From Tubiluchus corallicola (Eukaryota; Animalia; Priapulida), in the NCBI GenBank assembly GCA_030141605.1, contig JAQGDQ010000218.1, positions 248,001 to 312,000 on the forward strand: a stretch of 64,000 nucleotides of DNA. The letters run 5' to 3'. Of the stretch, positions 51,859 to 60,800 are shown in pieces; position 1 is the first letter of the stretch; each line of letters begins with the position of its first letter. Both the position numbers and the translations under genes were made by a program. The notes under the pieces are model-generated. The model had not been told where the DNA came from. It saw only the letters and a list, made by a program, of their open reading frames with translations, and searched no databases.

Positions 51859-54800
51859 CTTTATTATTACGACTACGGCAAAATCACGTTGAAAACACCG
51901 GTTCTCGTCTGATTACCGAAGATAAGCAACATATAGCCCGGTTAGTACTCGGATGGGTGACCACCTAGGAATACCAGGTGCTGTAGGCTTGCGGGATGCC
52001 CACACTGTATCTCGACACTAGGCGGAGGAGCTGCACAAGCAGCCAACGGCTAGAGGGCGGAGGAGGTCAAGTGACCCAACGGCCATGTGTAGAGGAGTAA
52101 ACCTTCAAAATCAGGAGTGGAGCTCCGAAGGCGGACCAGTGCAGCATGCTCACTGACTCCGGCAGTTCCTGCAGCCAACCTGGTGCCAAACGTATCGTTC
52201 CGCTTTCTTTGGACTACACCAGCGAGGAAGAGAGGGGGTTCCTGTTGTCTGGGCAACTCAGGATCTCCATACACCTTGCCCAGGCATGTGCCCTGGAGAG
52301 GCCATTCCAGTGGTTCAAGGATCGGACTGCTCAGCCACAGTCGACGCTGCAGCTCCAGCAATGTGATCAATAACTGACTCTCTTGGCGCACACTCCATTG
52401 TCTTCCAAGACAGAAGGATGCCAACCAATAATAATCTTTATTTAAAGTCGGCTTTTGGGTCAAAGAGCTATTATCGCCGACTGTAAATAACAACCTACAA
52501 CTACATAACAGAGACTATTATTACCGCTTGGTTCCCAACCTGGTGTACTAGTACCCCTAGTCTGTCGAAAACTGAACAGCGATTCAAAAAGTAACTAGTA
52601 CCCCCTGGAAGTACTACTGAACACCACAAGGCGTGCACGAGAAGCCTCTTAGACAAAATTAAAAAATTAGCGGGTGATTCAGACAACTGAAGCGCCGCCT
52701 GGAAACAACATCAGTAACCGAATTTTGGTGCAGTCCGCAGATACGCGAGGCCTATCTGGTTCCATACGTCCACCCAACTACGACGTTTGTGATTGGCTAC
52801 CTGTGAAGCAGGCTGTTCAAAGATGGTGACAATGAAGACAAAAGCCCGAAACCGTGTTGACATCCGCAGAGATATGAGAGTCAGTCTGTGGAAAACTGAA
52901 CCGCGATTCATAAAGTTAGTTTCTGCTATGCAACAGCAGCCAACTCATTGGGCTTTCATTTACTGAGCTTGATCATTTATGTTCACAAATAAAAACAACC
53001 ACTGGTACATTTTAACTAACTGCACCGTTATGTTAACAACAAGCGTTCATTTATTACACCCTGAGAGCCTGAACACACGAACTGTGAGTCGCAAAAGTCA
53101 GTGTTGCCCCCCCCCCACACACACAAGGCATTTGGTTGAGTTTTTATCTGTCAGTTGTATATAAGACTGCTTAATTACCCTAATTGCACACGTTAACAAT
53201 GAGTCAGCCTAAGTAGTACCACACTGAGTACTATTAATGCGGCGTAGGTATTAGGAAAATAAAATAATCTATAATATCCTTTTTGTATTCTGTTAAACTT
53301 AACTATCTGTTAATTCGTTTCTTGGAAATAGTGGCCTAAAATAGGTTTTTAAAAGTTAATAAACAGTTAAATTTGAATAATTAACCTCTTTGTAAAGAAA
53401 TCATAGTTCTTTTGGAAGTCACCCCTACAGCAAAAATGGTTTAGTCTTCCATTCCTACTAGTTCTTAACCTGGCACGGTGCCAGCAGTTGACCTGGCACG
53501 ATGCCAGCAGTTGACCTGGCACGGTGCCAGCAGTTGACCTGGCACGGTGCCAGCAGTTGATAGTCAGTTAATTGAACTACACAACAGAGTGGCATTCAAA
53601 TTTTAAATTCTCTAACAATGGATATCGCATTACAAATGTCTGCATTTTCATTATCGGAGCCAGGTAGAAACATTAAGCTCGGGCAATTAACAATGCGGGT
53701 AATTTCTCAGGTACCCGGGAACACTAATGCTTACCTAGGACTAGCTGGCATTAATGACAAACTTCTAGACTCAGCAGAAACTGGAGAAGATTGGGATGAT
53801 GAGTGCGGAGTGGATGCTGCAGGTAAACTATGATAATTGGTAGAAACGTGTAATTTTGACTGAGACGAGTCGTCTGCAGTTACTGCAAGACTGGAAGGTT
53901 TCTGAATAACTGTATCTTTATCACCGCCTGAAAAATACAAAGTTAGGAATGAATGAACAATCAAAAAGTGGCCCGGAAAAGGGATGATTATTATAAATAA
54001 AATTAAATCATTTGTTTATAATCCTTGAAAAATTGTTTGGTAAAAGAAATGATTTGAATTAACTTCACTGTGATTTCCAGAAACGATCAAATACGGTCGG
54101 AACCGCAGATCTAGGTGCGTCCTCAGAGAGAGATTGTTAGGCCTGCGTAAAAAGTGAGGAAAACAATGGGCGTCATGTTCTAATACAAATTCTATGCTCT
54201 GCTGTTGGGCAAACAATGGGCGTCATGTTCTAATACAAATTCTATGCTCTGCCATTGGGCAAACAATGGGCACCATGTTCTAATACAATTTCTATGCTCT
54301 GATGTTGGGCAAACAATGGGCGCCATGTTCTAACACAAATTCTATGCTCTGCTGTTTGGCAAACAATGGGCACCATGTTCTAATACAAATTCTATGCTCT
54401 GCTGTTGGGCAAACAATGGGCGTCATGTTCTAACACAAATTCTATGCTCTGCTCTGCTGTTGTGCAAACAATGGGCACCATGTTCTAACACAAATTCTAT
54501 GCTCTGCTGTTGGGCAAACAATGGGCACCATGTTCTAACACAAATTCTATGCTCTGCTGTTGGGCAAACAATGGGCACCATGTTCTAACACAAATTCTAT
54601 GCTCTGCTCTGCTGTTGGGCAAACAATGGGCATCATGTTCTAACACAAATTCTATGCTCTGCAGTTGGGCAAACCATGGCCATGTTGCTGGACCAAATAG
54701 CATTTGATTGTTACGCAAAAGCTGCCCTCGAGCGACACAGTTTTGAAACATTGTTTTATACGCAAGCTAGCAATCTCTCTACACACTTCATCTAAATCTA

Positions 54801-57800
54801 CGGTCAAAACAAAATTTTTTACTATTTTTCCTCAAGATTATTCTATGCAAATGAACTACTGAAGAGATAATGTTTAATATAATCACCATTTTCCTTCAAA
54901 ATCTCTTGTGTCCGTTCAACGCACTGCAAGCAAAGCTTAAAGAACTTGTCGTCAGCTCCACCTAGTAGTAAAAATGTTTAATATAATCACCATTTTCCTT
55001 TAAAATCTCTTGAGTCCGTTCAACACACTGCAAGCAAAGCTTAAAGAACTTGCCGTCAGCTCCACCTAGTAGTAAAAATGTACACTGATATGTTTGTTAG
55101 GTATGAAATAAGGGGTTTTTACTTAAGCCTGTGTGTTTGCCGATTAAAGGTATGTGGTGATACTTTGTTAAATAGTCAAACACACAACACAAATCGCAAA
55201 TCGCATTTAGCCCCGCCCAACTTGAAGATGTAACACACATTCTCACAAACTCCCCCCGATACAAGTGCTTACAACACATTAACAAACTGAAAAGATGGAA
55301 AAAATTGGTACTAGTAAGTTTGCCAAAGGTAAATTTGGTCTAGCAATTTTGGTAAGAGGAATTTTTGGTGCAGCAAAATTTTAGCACAGCACCCGGAAAA
55401 TTGGATACAGAGAAAATCTTCTACTGGAAAAACTTAATACAGTACTGGCAAGCTTTTGTCACGCATTTTTAGTACAAGGAAATCTGGTTCAAGGTAATAG
55501 GAATTTTCACAGTTTCATTGCGCAGTTGCTGTAGGTCAAAGGTTAAGTGTGCCACAGCAACGAGCCTTAACTACAACTGTCACGTGACGTGTAGGTAAAG
55601 CAAAGCTGTCTGTCGCATCAGCTCAGTAGCTTCAGTTGTTTTACATAGACTTTACCTAATTATGCATTAGTCTGTGCATAGAGTGATTTACTAGCAGGAT
55701 TTTGCTCGGGAACAAAAAAATGAACTAGGTAACTGTTAAAACTGTAAGTATTACAATGACTTGGGCTACAAGGGGTTATCAATTGTAGACAAATGTGTTA
55801 TCTAGTACACTTAACCTTTGGTCTTTTCACGATCATCATCATTCGCTGGATCTGCAAGACTTATTACAGAGGATCAGAGAATTCTCTATAACAATGTATA
55901 AACTGCTCCAAATCTCGATGTTGCCTCCAGAAATACAGCACTCGTGTACGGCATCATTGAAACAGTGATAATAATGTTAGTTAGACAGTAAAATTGGTGC
56001 AATGATGATAAAAACAATTTTTCACACCGATACAATAAGGGAATATTCATCACAACGACATGACATTATCACTAGTGTGGTAGTTGGAATTGTACATTGT
56101 AGTCAGGTGCTGCCATCTATGTGCTAATCTTGTTACATTCTACAAGCTGACTTACCTTCAGTCTAATTGCATGGTCCAGTGACTACATACACACTGGTCC
56201 TCTCCCTATCAAAAATTAATGGTTGTTGTGAAGCCTGTGCAACTCTGCATAGTTCAAGTTCTACACCTGTATACTGGCTGTGAAACAGGTTTTACTGACT
56301 GTTTTTGCTTTTCTAGTTTTTGCTCAATGTTCAGTGCAGCAGTTTTCTGTAGTTCAATAAACACTTTTCTGTTGTGTGCAGTGCAAATATTTATTATAGA
56401 TTTTTGGTTCCTATTCACACTTCTCTGTGTCTAAACTCATTCATAACTAAGTGACTGAACAACAACTTCAAAAATGACTTTCACAACTAACATCCTTACA
56501 AGCCAGTGAACTTAACTTAATGTACATTTATCTAAGATTAATACAAACCTTTACTCCTTGCATCTGCCAGAAGATGTTGTATTACATACGTCACGCATTG
56601 TAAATAGGTTACGGAAGCTGCCTAGATAAGAGAATTAGAAAATATTTCAGAAAGTACCACTTTCTTAGTATAATTCTAATCACAAGAAATACAAATACCA
56701 AAACACAATGAACCAATACAAAATACAAATTATAATAATAATAATAAGAAGAATTTTTTTATTTATCTTGCAACACACGCAGAGTTATAATGCAGTAAGG
56801 ATAACAAAGTTTGGTGTCATTTATAATTATAGTGGTTCTTAGTAATTGTATCACGTATTACTCGAAATTTCAAGGTCAGGGCATTTTTACAAGCTTGGTT
56901 TCTTACAATACAAATCATTTAGGTGGGTAGTTAATAATTTTTTTTCAAAATTTTCTTATTACATATCTTGCAGTTTGCCACCTCTTGAATTATTGAAAAC
57001 TTTTTGCTTATTTTAATGTATTAATTTTTTATTTGTGTTGATGTGAAATAAACAATCTATATATATATATATAATAATCTTTATTTGCCATTAAAAACAT
57101 TGATAATCACTGATAAAAACTTTACAGAGATAATCAATCAGTGTTAGTTAATAAAAACTTACACTGCTGAAGGCAAATGCGTCAGTGCAATCTAAACTAC
57201 TGTGCAGTAATGACGAATAAAATCAAACATATTTACAACTATACACAAAAAAATATAAAAAAAACTATGATTTAATTAATATGGCCGTGGGTATATGAAT
57301 TCTGAATTAGTGTGTATGTTGTCGTACTGGTGTGATGGTATTTCATATCTGGTTAATATTGGTGATTTTAATTTTGTTTTAAATGCTGATAGGGACTTGA
57401 TTTGTTTAACCTGTAATGGTAGAGAATTCCAAAGTAGAATTGCTTGTTTGATTACAGAGTTCGTTCCATAGTGGGTATTTGTCCTAATTTGTTTTAGATT
57501 GCTTGTTCTGGAATTAACGATAGGATTTGGAAAAAGGTAAATCTGTTATTCTGGAATGGTTTGCTGATGTTGTTAATGTATTTAAATATAAAAAGCAGAG
57601 TAAAATATTCTTTGTGTGCTTCAATGATTGGGAATTTTAATGTTTTTCTCAGGTTAGTTGTTGAAGCTTTGAATTTTTGTCTACCTGCCTTGTGTTTGTA
57701 TGAGTACCCAGCTATCAATCTCAATGCATAGTTTTGAAGGAGATTTAATTTTAAGTAATTTTCTCTTTTGGTTTTTTGAAGTAGCGTACATCCATATAAG

Positions 57801-60800
57801 AAGTGTGGTAGAACTAAAGTTTTATATATTAGTGTTTTAGTTTCCTTTGTTAGTTGCCCTTTAACTTGTCGGAGATATGATGTGCTAGATGCCATTTTTG
57901 TGTATATGTTATTAAAGTGATCACCCCATGAAAGATTATTGTCTACCTGTATGCCCAGGAATTTAACATTGTTAGTTTGTTTGATTACAGCATTATCTAT
58001 TGTCAAAGTGGTTGATGATGCATCATTAGTATTTAATGAGGGTGACAGTATCATGAATTCTGTTTTGTCATTATTCATTTTTAGCTTGTAATGACTAAAT
58101 GCCATATTTATATTTTTTATATCTTCTTCTAAATAATTTTTTGCAGTTTGGACATTTTCATGGGCTATGTAGATTGTAGTGTCATCAGTGTATTGCGTTA
58201 TTTGTGAGTGTTTTAATACACTGGATATGTTGTTTATATATAGGCAAAATAATAACGGACCTAGTAGTGTTCCTTGCGGTATACCTCTGTTTAACGTGGC
58301 CCAGTCAGAAAAGTTGGTTGTATCTAACTTTACTCGTTGTTGTCTATCTTTGAGATAATTTTGTATCAGTTTTAACGATATCGAATCTAATCCTATTTGT
58401 TTTAAATTATCGTAAAGTAGTTCGTGATTAATGCTATCGAAAGCTTTACTTAAATCCAAAAATGCTGCTAAAATGTATTGCTTGTTGTCTAAACTATGTC
58501 TCCAATTTTCTGTTGTGTGTATTAGGGCGTCAATGGTTGAATGGTGTTTACGGAAGCCAAACTGATGTTTTGATAAAAGTTCATGTTTATTTACATATGA
58601 ATTTATCTGATCATAAATTACCCTTTCCCAAACTTTGCCGAAACAATGGATTACAGAAATTGGGCGATAATTCATGGGATCACATTTTGGATCTTTTTTA
58701 TGGATTGGAGTCACGTTTGCCATTTTACATACCGTTGGAAATTCGCCTCTCATAATTATCTGATTAGCAATGTAAGTCATATGCGGGGCTATTACAGATG
58801 CGCTATCTTTTAGAATTTTGATAGGAATATCTGATGGTCCACTCCCTTTGTTGGAACTTAGGTTATTTAATATGTCGTTAATTTCTCCTACTGTGACGCT
58901 TTTGAATGAGAATACTGTGTTAGACGATTTGTTTTTTAATTTATTAATTATATTATTGTTAATATGAGAAGCCACTCCCTTAAAATTTCCAAGATTCAGG
59001 AATATTGCATTTAGCGCATTGGCAATATCTTTGGGTTTTGTAATAACAGTGTTGTTGATCTTAATTTCGTCAACACGCGTTAGTTTGTTACGGCATTTAT
59101 TTATTACATTGTTAATAATTTTCCATTTTTCTTTGGTATTTGTTGCGTTTTTACATTGTTGTTGTATATGTTTATTTTTCAAGCATTTATTAAGATTATT
59201 AAATTGATTTCTCTTTTTTTATAATTGTTATGATTGTTTTTAGTTTTGTTCTTTTCCCATATATTATACATTCTGTTTTTCGCTATTCTTAGTTTGTCAA
59301 GTTCAGGTGTTGTCCAGGTACTTTCGTTATTGAGTTTGCTTTGTTGTGGGATTTGCTTTACGTTTTTATATGGTGCATGTACATTAAGGCAATATTCGAC
59401 ATTATATGTCAGAATATTAACTTGTGTATCTATTTTATCAGTCATATATATGGAGGTCCAGTTCATTTTTGCTAAGTCGATTAAGTATGAATGTTTGTTG
59501 TATTGGGCGTAGTCTCTCATTAAATGCCAGACTGAATTTTGGTTATTATTATGCTGTGGGGTCATTTTATCTACTAATATTATGAAATGATGATCTGAAT
59601 AATCACACGGGAAAGTATCATATGCTACGAAATTATTGTTACTATTCGAAATGAAATGGTCGATTACTGTGGCTGATGTTTTAGAAATTCGAGTAGGTTT
59701 ATTGTTGTTAAGTATGTGGACATTATATTGTTTTAAAAGCTCTGTGTATGTTTTGTATGCCAGTGTGTTTGTAGCTAAAATATCAAGGTTGAAATCGCCC
59801 ATTATAAGTACTTTTTTATTTTCGAAAACACTGCGTTCTAGTTCTTCACTAAAGTATTTGAAAAATGTTTTGTGTTTGAGATTGGGTGGTCTATATATGG
59901 TTCCTATTACATAGTTCTCAATGCTGCACCAAACAGATTCAATTTTGCCAGTTCTGATGCCTTTCATTTCTTGTGGTCTCAGGTGTGAAGGTATATACAT
60001 CGCAACCCCTCCACCTTTCTTATTTTTACATCTATCTCTTCTTATTAATGTGTGATTAGGTAATTCTATAGTGTTGCTAAGTATTTGTTTATGTAGCCAA
60101 GTTTCTGTTATGCCTACAATCAGATTTTCGGTGGCGTGAATTGTATCTTTCAGCAGCCAGTGTTTTTTGACGAGACTTTGAATATTTATATTTAGAAATT
60201 TGATGTTCTTTTTATAAGTAATCATGAATTTTTTTAGCTTATCACTGGTATTATTATTGTTGGTGTTATTATTATTATTATTTGGCAAAATGGGTCCAGG
60301 GTTAGTTTCGATACCACCAAGTATAAGTAGTAAACGAATTATGGTTAAAATGTAAGCCAGTTCAGAACATGAGTATAGAGTGCTTTCAAATTTAGATGAA
60401 ATCTGTAATTTTTCCAATTTTTTTAGAGCTACGTATTTTAGATTGACATGACGCATTTGTCTTATAGCACTGAGGTACACAACTTTTAAGATGGATACAA
60501 ATCTTTTTAAAATAAATTGCATAGAGTGTCTTATTCTATCGCTATTTACAGGAAAAGCAATGAAAAAGTTGTTTAAATTACCTTTAGTCATTACATTACA
60601 AATTACTGTTACGTAGATCATTTTCAGTTTTAGTATGGAGAGTAATGTACGTAGTATAACTAAGACGTAAGCATAGTTACAATAAAAGAACTTAACTGTT
60701 TGATATTTGGCGTTAAATATACAAAGGCTCCCATGATCACAAATAAATTTGGTAATTTTATGATAAGATACGTTAGAAATATCAACTATGATACAAGAAG

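Noticed and set aside
51871-51990. Functional 5S rRNA gene
   Set aside because: Single intronic copy with several substitutions and no T-run terminator; better explained as a pseudogene or SINE head.
56150-56450. Possible extra VPS9D1 exon ending at a GTAAG donor near 56155
   Set aside because: Flanking exons already join in phase with continuous homology-like sequence, and no convincing phase-compatible acceptor was found.
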